Source of the DNA: Octopus sinensis
Taxonomy: Eukaryota
Assembly: GCF_006345805.1 (NCBI RefSeq)
Contig: NW_021831847.1
Location: 1 to 64,000 of the forward strand
DNA length: 64,000 nt
Reading direction: 5' to 3'
Part shown: one piece after another, positions 1 to 11,425 of the stretch
Numbering within the stretch: the stretch's first letter is position 1
How the letters are laid out: the number at the start of each line of letters is the position of its first letter
The notes under the pieces: generated by a model
The model's database searches: none
What the model was told of the DNA's origin: nothing
Seen by the model: the letters and a program-made list of their open reading frames with translations, nothing else
Translations under genes and position numbers: made by a program

Positions 1-1313
1 TCCTTTTTGCTTTGCTGTCTGTTTGTTTGATTTGTCTTTTTGATTTGTTCAAGATATCTTAAGGCAAATGCACGCATGTAAATTGAGTCAAGAATATCGA
101 TGATTGCTTCGCGCGATGAATTTGTCTTTTTTACATTTTCGATTGTAGATCAGTCGATCTTTTCCAGACTTTTCAACGACTAGAGTTAAGTTTTCGTTGG
201 AACTATCGGTAACTGTATTGATCGATTGAGCAAGATTTGAGGAAAGGTTTAATTATGTCTTTTTTGTGGATCTGATAGGTCAATCTTAGCAAGTTGTTGG
301 TCATTATTTGAATACTTTATTCATGGAATTTGATGTTTAAGTCGAAGGCACTTTCCTGTGAAGTATGAGTTGTGCTGAAAAATCATAAAAAAGACAATAT
401 GAGAATGTCCACTAAAATGGGTAGAAACATCACGGTTTGTATTTAATCGAACGCCTTTTTACAAGTAAGACAGGTTCGGGATCACGAAAGCTGGAAAACT
501 GTGAAAGGAGACATTATGAAATTCATTTGCAAATCCACTTTGACTTTTAATGATTTCAAAACTTTGATTTCTAGACAAAGAAACATCCGCAGAGGTATTG
601 ACAATAAGATTTCCTCTTAGACTTCCTTGCCTATTGTCAGCAATATTTCAAAAATTCGTGCTTTTGACGAGATTGAGTGCTAAGATTGCAGAGCTACTTT
701 GTTTGTAGTTGTTTGCTAGGACATAATCTAAAGTTGTGAGGGTTCACTTACTCAATTTTAAGTCTGCATTTGCTGTGCCTAATGCAGCGCTTTGGCTTAG
801 AGCTTCTAGCAGGACTATCTAAAGTGATCGCGCAGGCACTGCAACATTGCTGGATTTTATAGATTGTGTTAGGAGCACTAAAATTCATATCATGAAGAAT
901 GATAGGTAAAGCTGCTGTTCGAGGATCTGTTGCAAGAGTGACTGTTGCATCTGCAACAACATTAAACGTTACAGAATCCTGATTATCAGAGTAATTCCAG
1001 GAACACATCCAGTTTCCAGTTGTTTTTCCAGTTTCCAATAGAGGTGGAAGGCCCAAATACTATCGGAGCCGCCAATTCATAAAATCACATTATGCTTGTA
1101 ATCATACTTTAATTTGCCAAAGGAACGACTGTTTAACGAGAATGGATTGAACATTTAACCATTATTGAATATTAAAATAAAGTCTGACATGTCATTTCAA
1201 TGTATGGTATTCGACTTGGATCAATTTAAAGAGTTATACAAAATAAGTAAAATTTTTTAATTTTTAATATTAAATTATAAATTTATCTGTAGATTAATAT
1301 AGTTAATTTTAGC

Positions 1314-2831
1314 ATGCTTTTTGGTCGTTTGTTTACACGACTTAGTAAATCTTCTATTTCAAAAAATAACCGATTTTACAAGCTATTTGGGAGCTCAATT
1401 CCGTGTCTCGTTGGAAGTATCTGCGGTTATTTCTACTACGATAACAGTCCTTACATACACATGACTGGTAGTATTAAAGAAAACTTTGAAAATGGGGAAA
1501 ATAGTAGCAAATATATTCAAAAACTACCAAATCACGTGCAATATTTGCTGATCGGAGACGGAGTGGAAATATTCTCCGCCGCTCAGGCGATTCGTGCCTC
1601 GGATGTGACTTCAAAAGTTGCAGTGGTGTGTCCCCGTGGTCACCCGCCTTACATCAGGGACGCATTTGTTAGGGAATTTGTCGACTTTGATCGAGACATC
1701 TCTTCTAGACAAGAAATATACAATGTTTTCAAAAAATTGTTTTTTGAGCAACCCAATTTTTATTTGGACATTTCGGATTATTCAAACATCGAAAATGGGG
1801 CAATTTTCATTGCAAACAACTTAAGAGTCGATTCAGTAGACTCGGAATCCTGCACGGCAAAGTTTGGCCCAGAAATTGTGAAATTCGACCGCTGCCTTGT
1901 CTCACCCTCCGCTGTTCCTAAAATCTCTCGGAACCTAATTCACAACTTGTCTACATTTGACGATTTTTTGGACATTTTTTCGGTCTTGTCGGAGGCTAAA
2001 AATGTGATAATAAGTGGAGATTCGATAATGGTTGCACAACTTATTTCAATCCTTCAAACCCACCCTCAACGATTGTTCAATTTAACTTATGTTCGTCGTT
2101 CAGATCGCCCTCTACTGTCGGGAGTTCTTCCTCTTCATTTGGCTCAAGTTGTGGAGAATGAACTGGAGAAATATGGTCTAAAAGTGATTATCACAAAAGA
2201 AAACACAGAGACTGTCTGTCCTCACGGCGTGAAGGTTAGTCTGTGTTTGGAAGATGGGGTCACTGTTGAGGGGGACCTATATATTGAAATTTCGCCAGAT
2301 TCCAGAATAAACCATCTCTTCGGGACTTCTAGTAGCGAAGAAGGGGAAGTTATGGCCGACAAATATTTGAATGTTAGTCCAAATATTTGGGCGGTCGGAG
2401 ATTCCGTATCTGTCGAGAATTTTTACTTTGGAAAGAGGTCATTTCAAGGATATGACAATGCATTCATGTCAGGAAAATTGGCGGGTCTGAATATGACAGG
2501 ACATGAAATGATTCACAGAATCATTCCTATGTTTTGGTCGTATGTGGGTCCCATAGAATTGGAAGGCTGCGGAGTCCTCGATCCAGTTTTGAGAACAGTC
2601 TCAGTATTTGAAGACGAACAAGCAAAGAGCATTTCGGAACGACGAGGAGTGATATTTTACTTGAATGAAGACAGTGTTATTGTTGGAGTATGCCTTTGGA
2701 ATCCAACGAGAAAATCTTCTTCTCATTTATTACGACAAGTGGTTGCCAGTAAAATTAAGGAAGATGATATTCTGGGGGTTAGCAAGTTAATCAACCTGTT
2801 TGATGTTGAAGATAATAATGACGAGCCTTAA
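1314..2831 (+). CDS. AIFM1: Apoptosis-inducing factor 1-like mitochondrial flavoprotein (505 aa, single exon)
   Basis: Basic N-terminal presequence plus TM segment. YLLIGDG...AAQAIRA, HPPY, IWAVGD, YDNAFMSGKLAGLNM, PMFWS, RGVIFYL and VGVCLWN align with the AIF FAD, NADH and C-terminal domains. Confidence 0.9.
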   Translation: MLFGRLFTRLSKSSISKNNRFYKLFGSSIPCLVGSICGYFYYDNSPYIHMTGSIKENFENGENSSKYIQKLPNHVQYLLIGDGVEIFSAAQAIRASDVTSKVAVVCPRGHPPYIRDAFVREFVDFDRDISSRQEIYNVFKKLFFEQPNFYLDISDYSNIENGAIFIANNLRVDSVDSESCTAKFGPEIVKFDRCLVSPSAVPKISRNLIHNLSTFDDFLDIFSVLSEAKNVIISGDSIMVAQLISILQTHPQRLFNLTYVRRSDRPLLSGVLPLHLAQVVENELEKYGLKVIITKENTETVCPHGVKVSLCLEDGVTVEGDLYIEISPDSRINHLFGTSSSEEGEVMADKYLNVSPNIWAVGDSVSVENFYFGKRSFQGYDNAFMSGKLAGLNMTGHEMIHRIIPMFWSYVGPIELEGCGVLDPVLRTVSVFEDEQAKSISERRGVIFYLNEDSVIVGVCLWNPTRKSSSHLLRQVVASKIKEDDILGVSKLINLFDVEDNNDEP

Positions 2832-2959
2832 AAATATTATAAATGTTTGTATTTTTAACTATTTTTTTCATAATCGCTATAATAAACTTTACAAATAAAA
2901 GGTAATTAAAACACTAATATAAACCAATGCGGTCATTTAAACACTAATCATGAGTTAAA

Positions 2960-3340
2960 AACCCAAATATAATTTTCAAGTAAGCCGGGATGCCGTCTGT
3001 TCTCGAACCTGTCGGTTTGGACAGAGGTGACGGCAAACGCCCTGACGGCTTAACTACATTCCTCTTTGAGCAGGGAAAATCCCTTATATGGGATTCTACC
3101 TGCTGTGACACATTCTCGAACGGGAACCTAGCCATGTCGGCCGTCGACCCAGGCTTTGCTTCCAATCGCGCCGAAGATCTCAAAATCCTAAAGTACGGTC
3201 ACCTCTCCAATTTCGTTTTCATGCCGTTGAGACCTCTGGGGTCTTTGGCCGCAAGTCGCTTTGTTTCCTACGCGGTTTGGGGAGAAGAATCGCCAAAAGG
3301 AGGGACGACCCGAGAGAGTCCTTAACGACTCTCCATTCCC
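2960..3340 (+). mobile_element. CRE-like non-LTR retrotransposon 3' fragment (restriction-like endonuclease)
   Basis: LEPVGLDRGDGKRPDGLT...LIWDSTCCDT...AEDLKILKY is the PD-(D/E)xK RLE signature; degenerate downstream. Confidence 0.8.
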
Positions 3341-3399
3341 GTAATCCGCGGCAACTGCAGTGCGCCTTAAACGCTCTGATGGAACCCTCGTATCGGACC

Positions 3400-3720
3400 C
3401 GGTTGAGATGGCTGAAATATTTTCAACCCACCTCAATAACATCTCTGAAACTGACGGAAGTCAGTAAAAGTGACTTACATGATTCAGAAACTCGTTACAA
3501 ATGCCAAGCCTACGCTAATATAGCACGTTTTTACAAAGGAGAAGAAAGATGTTTAACATGCGGTGGTCCACATGATATGAAAGAATTTTAAAATCCCATA
3601 GCAAACTTTAAATGTTGCATTAACTGTGAATCATCAGTGCACTGGATTACATATGGCGGATGCCCCTCAGCTAAAAATAACAAAATTACACAAGTCAATT
3701 TACTTTCTGAATCCGGATTA
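3400..3720 (+). mobile_element. LINE ORF1/gag-like zinc-knuckle remnant
   Basis: YKCQAYANIARFYKGEERCLTCGGPH and CINCESSVH are degenerate CCHC knuckles with frameshifts. Confidence 0.65.
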
Positions 3721-4831
3721 AACACAGTTTGGGAGAAAGCCCCAAGTGTGACTTTATATTGGACAAACAACAAACTTTGACTTCAGTTTGGAAGAATCGT
3801 TTGCCAACAAAAGTTTTGGAATGCAATGTATCTATTAGAACCCAAATGGATAATCATATGACTCAAAATATAATGACAACTATACGCAGGTCGTCTCAAA
3901 AAAGCTTTCCCCGTTAAAAAGGAACTCAATATGTTGATAGACAGGTCACTTAAATCAAATGAGGCGGAAATCATTAAATTTGGATCTAAATTCTGAATAG
4001 CTATCTTTTGACTGCCGAAAAGAAAACCGAGATGGAAAAATCCTGGGAGAATATTCGATCGAGAAATTTGAAAAGCCAAATCATTTTTCGTGCCATGGAG
4101 ATGATTTCTTAGGGATTTTCCTAACTTCATTCGTATCAAAGCTTCTATGTATATCTCAAAGAAAATATCGTTTTCATTATAAAACCGCAAAAAAAGACCG
4201 GGCCGTTTATAAGATATTTATTTTTCCACTTGAAACTCCAGTTTGATAGTCCAGGAGAATGAAGATGCAATAGAAAGAACAGATAACACATTAGAAGTCT
4301 GTTAAGAAATTTAATGGAGAATAACTCTGCAAAATCTACTTAAAACAAAAAATCCTAAATGTTTCTGGGTTCTATGAAAAAACATTTTTTCAAAGAATAG
4401 ACTTACGTACGGAACCTCTTTCAGCAAACGACAGAACCATATTGAAACGTTGCCTGATCGCGGACGAAGCAGCCCTTTAAGTCGGTAATGAAACGAATGA
4501 TCTATCTAGAGCAAATATAACAATAAATAGCAGTAAAGTAAGTGTGCTTAATCAGTCACTAAAACCAATCGAATACTCTCTATGGTCTTTATTCTGTCCT
4601 AGTTCCTCGGTACACATTCATCAAAAATTACTCATCACATAAACACAGAATAAATACCCACTGCGGAACTGGATTTTCTAAAAGGGACTCACACGCAAGA
4701 AAAAAGAGCAAGGATCATTTTCTCTGTCCTCAATTAATTAACATTGCGGTCTTTACTTAAATAAAGTGTGTTTCCTGCCAGGGCTATAAAGTACTATGAC
4801 TCTCGTGATAAGAAAAATAATAATAAACATG

Positions 4832-5538
4832 TTAGTCACTGAGCAAGCAGTCTAACTCTGCAATATCCATATCATCGAACAGTCCCTCTTCAATGCAGTA
4901 ATCTTCCTCATCTTTTATCCCTGCAAAGAACTCCTTGCCTACACACTCAGCACATTTATTACCCGTCATTCTCACAATACACTCCTGACTCTCACTCATT
5001 TCTTTCTCAAATTGTACTTTCCAACGAGAAAAAGACTCGACGGTCACAGGCGTCCCCCACCGCTCTGGTTCGTCACCAACAGTCTCCCCCTCCACGCACA
5101 CAATCCTCTCACTGACCTGTCGACTCCCTCGAGAATATTCCTTCTCAAACTCGGGTAGAAGACTCAATAGTTCGAATATCATCGGAAGTCCCTTCAGTTT
5201 GCTGGCCTGTGACATTTAATCACTTTTAGAGCACGTGAAGGCTGAGAAAGTCCTCAAGTTGAGTAGCAAACTCCTCGGAGAGATTAGTGAGATCCGCCAC
5301 CTTGAAGAATGGGGGGACATTCGGATATTCGTTGGGAAGTGAGATGCACAGGGAAAATGAGGCTGTGGTTGGAAATTTTGATGTACCTTCAAGGAGAGCG
5401 ATCCTATTCTGTAGTTGGAGTGAGAATTTGTAGACGGGAGGAGTGGAGGATATGACTACTCTCAGTTATATCCAAATTACTGGTTAGATTGTCGGGGTAA
5501 ATGCACTCCAATGATAATAACTCCTCCGCGACGCTCAT
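4832..5538 (-). CDS. RWDD1: RWD domain-containing protein 1 (GIR2-like), with micro-introns
   Basis: MSVAEELLSLECIY, LPNEYPNVPP, GLPMIFELLS, GTPVTVESFSRWKVQFEKE, TG..K.FF and an acidic tail ending LFDDMD. Confidence 0.85.
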
Positions 5539-5620
5539 TTCTGCACTAAATAATTAAACATTATTCATTTAAAAACATATATTTTAAAAATCTATTAATT
5601 TTTGTTTTAAGTTTAAGAAC

Positions 5621-6085
5621 ATGAAAGTGACCCGTTGAGAGATGCATACTGGGGAAGCTTCCGCCAATTTTCCTTGGAGACCATTTGGACAGTTCACTCA
5701 CAGATGTGTCGTTATATTTTGAGACCAAGTCTCAGGTATACATAAAGCCTTAAAAACTTTTTCAAAATTATAAAATGTCTGTCCAAGCTCTCCAGAAAGT
5801 AAACTATCGTGTCATCGTTGCAAAAATCGCATTTCTGAAAAAGTAATTTTACCCTTTTGTCAAGGCTCGGAATCGCCAATTGAAATATGATAGAGTGGGC
5901 AAACGTACAGCAATTTAGTAATCTATAACTAATTAATTAAGAGATTCTCAAGGCGGCTTCATCCATGATATCGTGAGTAAGATCGCATTCCGCTATTGTG
6001 AGCCTCCAGAATCATCATGGCCCTGGCAGAGAATTTCGATTCCCCGGAAACAGCTAAGCTATCAAAACAAGAAACATGTTTCTTA
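5621..6085 (+). other. Possible spliced gene of unknown function, head-to-head with RWDD1
   Basis: ATG 82 nt from the RWDD1 ATG and several GT-AG micro-intron candidates. Every model I built had an in-frame stop, and no family was recognised. Confidence 0.25.
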
Positions 6086-6269
6086 GAATAAATTATAATT
6101 CTTTTACGAATAAAGTCATGTGATAAGTATTAGTCGAATATTCAAACATTTTGGAAATTCAGAAGGAGTGTTATTCTCACACGCCTATTTAATGAAGTTT
6201 GCAGTCTGGCCGTTCAATGTATTTATTCATTGAGCTGTAATTACATTACATTTACATTAGGTGTATTTC

Positions 6270-6540
6270 GCTGGTTCTTCAATGGGATCCAATAAATGGG
6301 TCGTGTTCTTCCAGGTCTGGCGTTCCAGTCCCCAGCAATGAAGCACATGTATGAAGAACTGAGGGTGTTGTATAAATGTGTAAGGTTTGCAAGGACTCTG
6401 ACACCAGTCGGCGTGTACACAGTGATGATTGTGATCAGAGAGTTAGGTCTGGTTCCTTATTTGAGTTGGAGCACCACTATCTTGTCCATGACGGACCACA
6501 CCCAGGATACATGCTTTTGTCCTGATCTTACACTTTCTCA
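6270..6540 (-). mobile_element. LINE apurinic endonuclease fragment
   Basis: Minus-strand reading ITIITVYTPT...CFIAGDWNAR (APE GDxN motif). The listed + strand ORF is its shadow. Confidence 0.7.
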
Positions 6541-6569
6541 AAAATTGAAAATAATTAATTTGTTTATTT

Positions 6570-7830
6570 AAGGAGGGCAAACTCAGGCAGCTCTATCTGC
6601 AAGATTCAACTGTTCTCAGTCTCAGGTTTCACGGATTTTGAAGAATAGAGATAAGTACCTATTCGAGTCGCAAATGAACGTAGAAACTGCATTGTCCGTC
6701 TTGTTTGCTCAAACCAGGACCAAAACCTACCAATAAATGGTCACATACTAACCCACAAAGCTACTTGCTTTGCTAAAATTATGAAAATGGATGACTTTAT
6801 TCCTACTTCAAGTTGGCTTATGCGTTGGAAAGAAACAAAATATCATTTAAACGTATTTATGGGGAGAAAAAAGATTCCGATTTAAATTCTGTTGAATACT
6901 GGTACTAATGGACATTGCAAGATCTTTTAAAAGATTCTAAACCGGAAAACATTTATAATAAAACAGCACTCATATGAAATACTGATCGAAAGTAAAGAAA
7001 AATTAAGGATAGAATAAATGTAATGGCATCCTGCAACATGACGGGTTCGGACAAACACAAATGAAGGTGCTTCAAAGGAATTTAAACACTTCCAGTTGAC
7101 TACATTGTCAATAAGCTATCACGTCAATTTCAGTAGAATTGTAGAATGCATGGATGACATGACGCGTTTTTAAAAACTGGTTATCATGTGTTAACAAGAA
7201 AATGATATTGCAAAAAAGAAATATAGCCATAGTTTTTGACAATTGTGCTGCGTATTCATAAGATCCTGGAAAAAATCAATCAAATGTTAAATTGTCTTTT
7301 ATCCCCATGCATTCGGCCATGTGATATGGGGATCATAAAAAGTCTAAAGCACAACTACAGATTGGCAATTTTACAAAAATTGATTGTTGTAATTAATTCA
7401 GACGATAGTTGTCGCAAATCTGTTGTGAATTTTACCACTTGCTTGGATGCGCTACACATTCTCAAAATGGCTTGGAGGCAAGTCAAAATAACAATTTAAA
7501 ACTCTTTCCGTAAGGCGAGATTCCATGAGGAAGTGTGGGAAAATACGTTTAGTAACGTTAAATTTGACAAAACATGTTGAGGATGAAGAATGTATTTGAA
7601 TCATGTCCGATGAAGAAATATGTTTAATGTCAAGAGATATTTCTTGCAAAGACGATGGGGACGATGAAGATCCCATGCCCCTAAAAACAACCAGTTCGGA
7701 AGCTATGTTGATACGCCAGTTTCTTACTAACAGCTATTTAACAAATAAAATGGATATGGAAAACTTTAATGAATCAGAAAAAAGCGTCCTACGCCTTTGC
7801 CAAAAGACTAGGAAGTACAGACCACAATGA
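6570..7830 (+). mobile_element. Degenerate Tigger/pogo transposase
   Basis: psq-type HTH QAALSARFNCSQSQVSRILKNR, WLMRWK, PCDMGIIKSLKHNYR and LDALHILKMAWRQV (DDE_1), with many stops and frameshifts. Confidence 0.8.
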
Positions 7831-8709
7831 GGATTTCCCTTAACGCAGAGGAACTTGACGATTTCTACTCGCCCCTATGATCGGCTTACTCATCACTGTC
7901 CAGCTCCGACATTCTCCTTATAGTTGGAGATTAAAACGCCAAAGTGCAAAAAGCCTTGACGAATCGAATTGTTTGGGCAGTTACGCTCGAAGGCACTCAT
8001 ACTATTCTGTAAGTCGTTCAGACTGTTTCTCTGTAACAAGACATTCCGACATACAGCTCGACATGCTACGACGTGAACAGGCCAGAAAAAAGACTGCTAT
8101 GGAAATCTTGTTCATATATTCAATCAAATCGATTACATACTATGCAGACAAACTTCCGTTACTCACAGACTTCCGTAAGTACAGTGGCATGATTACCTTG
8201 AGTAATCACCGTTTCATTGCACCTTGTACACAGGAAAGGAAATTGGCCGTGGAGACCTTTTGTGTTTCAGATAATATTCATATAAAGTATGGCGAGAAAT
8301 AATCAAAATGCTGCACACTATTAAACTCATATAGACTACTATGGAAGTATATTTCGATCAGAGTTAAAAAGACTGCTGAGAGGAATTCGTCCAAGGACAT
8401 TCAAGGAAGTTTTGACAAAGAAATAGACAAATTAGCAAAAGAACAAAAGAAACTCCATCGATTAAATGAATCTTAAAACACAATCGACCTCACTGATTTT
8501 TGACTGTACAACTCAGAATTCAACTTTACAAATGTCGATCCGATCCTCCTCTACAACTCTAACCGCTAAAGAACAGAGACAGATAAACTATTTTCACATA
8601 AAAGTCTATAAGAAATAAATAATATTATTTCCAATATTTATGAATAAAATTTATCTAATAATTATATGCTTATATAATAAAATTAAGTTTAATTAGAACA
8701 ACAGTGTAG

Positions 8710-9330
8710 ATGGAGAAGGCCTTATTTGCAATGTCCTGATTTTGGGGTCCGGAGGCACTATTTGGGTGTGTCTCCGGCGTAATTAGAACGAGGGTTGGGT
8801 TTACTGGTGGGAAAAAGCTCAACCCTTCATATCACAATCTGTAAAATTAGTTAATAAATTCAACAGAGGAGATCATACTGAGACTGTCGAAATTGAGTTC
8901 GATTCAAATATAACATCCTATGAAAAACTTGTCGAAATGTTTTGGGAGAATCACGACTATAAATCATTGAGAACACGGCAATACATGTCTGCCATTTTCA
9001 CTCTCAGTCACAAAAACTCGCTGTGGCCATGTCTTCTAAAATCAATCATGAAAACGTCGGGGTGGTCAACACAGTCGTAGAGAACCAGCCGGAAAATTTT
9101 ATGTAGCGGAAAAGTAATTACTTAACCTAATTGTGGTTAGTTATCATCAGAAATATATATTGCGCACATGTTCAAAGATTTTCGACGCTTTGAAGTTGAA
9201 TGACAGCCAAGTAATTGAATCACATGCGGCCTGTAGACTGAACGGTTATCTCGCTGGATATGGGAATTTAGAAGCTTTTGACAAAGTTTTATGGATACAC
9301 TTAACTACTTCATTATATTTTCAGAAATAA
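8710..9330 (+). CDS. msrA: Peptide methionine-S-sulfoxide reductase A with in-frame TGA at the catalytic position (candidate selenoprotein; frameshifted)
   Basis: MEKALFAMS-TGA(8737-8739)-FWGPEALFG..RTRVGFTGG, GDHTE, FWENH, RQYMSAIF, FYVAENYHQKY and RLNGYLAGYG. Micro-introns near 8845-8870 and 9114-9140; frameshifts near 9003 and 9080. Confidence 0.85.
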
Positions 9331-9572
9331 TCACTATTCAAATACTACCACACTTCATGGCTATATACTTTCCGACAATGTCTTGCAATGGACCTATATA
9401 TTGATCTTATGTATGCAAAAAATTAATTCTTATTTTACAAAAAACAGTACAATTCTTTGCTTCGTGGGCAATTATTCTCTTTGAATAACCACTGCGAGAG
9501 AGTAGATAGATGTGCATTCGGTTCCTTCATACATAAATGTAATAATATATGAGCTGGTTTATTCAAAAAAGG

Positions 9573-10567
9573 TCAATTAAACTTGCAAGCATACAACCCA
9601 AGGAGTGATTCCATTGTCTGACTGACAGACTGGAAGACGGGCCGTCTCGAGGACCTTTTGAATCGAAAAGTTTCCACTCCGAGATTTTTGGCCCGTCGAA
9701 GTGTCAGTTGTTCAAAATTTTGGGGAGAAGAAATGGCGGGAATGATATAGACGCACTCGGAACTGAACTCGTGAAGTACATTGTGACCATAAGGAGTGAT
9801 GTAACACAATTTGGAAGAGGGGAATATATTGGTGGGACATTCAGCACTAATTTGGAGACACGTGCATTCCAGAAGGGACGTATAATTCCTTGTTAGAATG
9901 CGGTTGAGATTTCCCTCGAGACTACCCGTGACAGGATAATTTACTTTGTACTGCACAACTTTAGTTTAATGGGGACGCGGACAGTGAGAAGTTGGTGGTT
10001 GATGACTTGCACCAGTTGATGCACCAGCCAGTCCATTTTGGCTGAATTTTGCTCAAAGGACGAGTCAATGCAGACTGTCGGGGAGATGTGCGATATGTAA
10101 CGACTCCGCTGAATACTGCCACTGACATTCACCTCTTACCGTTTAATGTCACTTGGGGACAGCCGTCGGATAAGTCGAGACCCTTGATTGACCAACAGTT
10201 TCCTCTCATTCGGGACTGGTCGTACTTTCTCCTTCTTATTCTGTTTTTTGACCCAGTAGGCAATTCTGTAAATGACTGGGATTGCTCACAGTTTGTCACG
10301 TTGTGCCTTACTGCCTGCAGCCAATGCAGCTGCCCAGTGACGGGTGTCGAGTTGGACGGTCCAATTGCCTAGATAGAGTGCATGGTTCATACTGTAGGCC
10401 TTCCGGATCTCAAATTCCAGTTTGAGTCTGTCTAGTGCCTCTCTCTCCTTGTCGGAAATGTTCTTCATTGCTTCAATGGCTTTAGCAAGGTCATCTTTGT
10501 CGTATCGGTAATTCGTCAATAGTCGGGACAAATATCTTTCAGAGATGACACGAAAACAAGACAACAT
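9573..10567 (-). CDS. TRMT10C: Mitochondrial RNase P protein 1 / tRNA m1R9 methyltransferase 10C
   Basis: C-terminal SPOUT segment IFPSSKLCYITPYGHNVLHEFSSECVYII...TLRRAKNLGVET resembles Trm10; the N-terminus is presequence-like; spliced. Confidence 0.7.
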
Positions 10568-10599
10568 ATATTATTTTAATTTTGATTTAAATTAGAATA

Positions 10600-11322
10600 G
10601 AATTGTTTTTATTACCCAACGAACCAAAACCCACAAAATAACCAAAAATCGTTAACGGGGAGATAAAAACAAGACACCGAAATGTTTCTCTCAGTTGTAC
10701 TCCGTAAGCAAATTTCAATTCGAAACGCCTTTTCCAAATGATCCAAAAAATAGTCACTTTCCTCGAACCAGCTTTCGTACCCAAATATGTGGACTGGCTG
10801 TACACACGTTTTGTACACGTAGATGTACGTTTCAGGATTTCCGGATCCAGATGAAACCTGGCTAAGCTTTTAAGGATCCTTCCACTCCTCTTTCTCTGAT
10901 TTGCTACGTGGTTGGCGTACGGGCCACAACAGTTGACAATTATTCCAAGATAGAGTAAATTAAAGCTCTTGGAGAGATCCATACCATAACCACTCAAAGC
11001 ATAACTTTTTGACCGGGTCTCAGGTTCTTTGGGTTAAAGGAATTACAGGGAAATCAAGCCCAGCAAACACAGCAGGCAGAGGAGTATTTCCATAGCTCGT
11101 TGTGTTCTAGATTGGGAAATAGAACCGAGCAAACAGAATTCCTGTAAACCGAGGTGGAAAAAAATAGCAACAAAGGGCCGGTCCGCGAATTTCGATCTCC
11201 CCAATACGTTTAGTTAGGCTCGCATGGGTAAAATCGTCTGCACGAATGTCGACAGGGGCGTGAGGGTCTTTGCTGCGAAGTTAGTTGATAAACGCATTTT
11301 AGCAAGTCCTTTCCGTTTAGAC
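10600..11322 (-). mobile_element. Non-LTR reverse transcriptase fragment
   Basis: DIRADD (xADD-like motif), TQRAMEILL and FNLLYLGII, with multiple frameshifts. Confidence 0.65.
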
Positions 11323-11425
11323 CAGTGGTTCTCAACCTTTTTTGGTTGCGGACTTCTTGTGAGTGAATTAAAAAATGCGTACCCCAACATATCTTTGCAA
11401 GTTTTTTTTCAACGTTAGTTAGTAG
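11323..11425. mobile_element. Truncated hAT (SPIN/Buster-like) MITE end
   Basis: TIR CAGTGGTTCTCAACC preceded by target-like GTTTAGAC; partner end not found. Confidence 0.65.

Noticed and set aside
748-1056. 102-aa ORF upstream of AIF
   Set aside because: It starts at a non-ATG codon, shows no recognisable domain, and is preceded by a stop; not supportable.
3783-4190. 135-aa minus-strand ORF
   Set aside because: No motif recognised; it sits in TE debris and is probably a shadow of a decayed element.
5870-5890. Second selenoprotein (in-frame TGA in one splice model, GIAN-TGA)
   Set aside because: No CxxU or other Sec-family motif, and other splice models avoid the TGA.
7877-8302. 141-aa ORF
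   Set aside because: No recognisable family or splice structure, and it lies next to TE debris.
8737-8739. Genome-wide UGA reassignment to Cys or Trp
   Set aside because: Rab1 needs a terminal CC and ends in TGA, ULK3 also ends in TGA, and conserved Trp and Cys codons elsewhere are standard.
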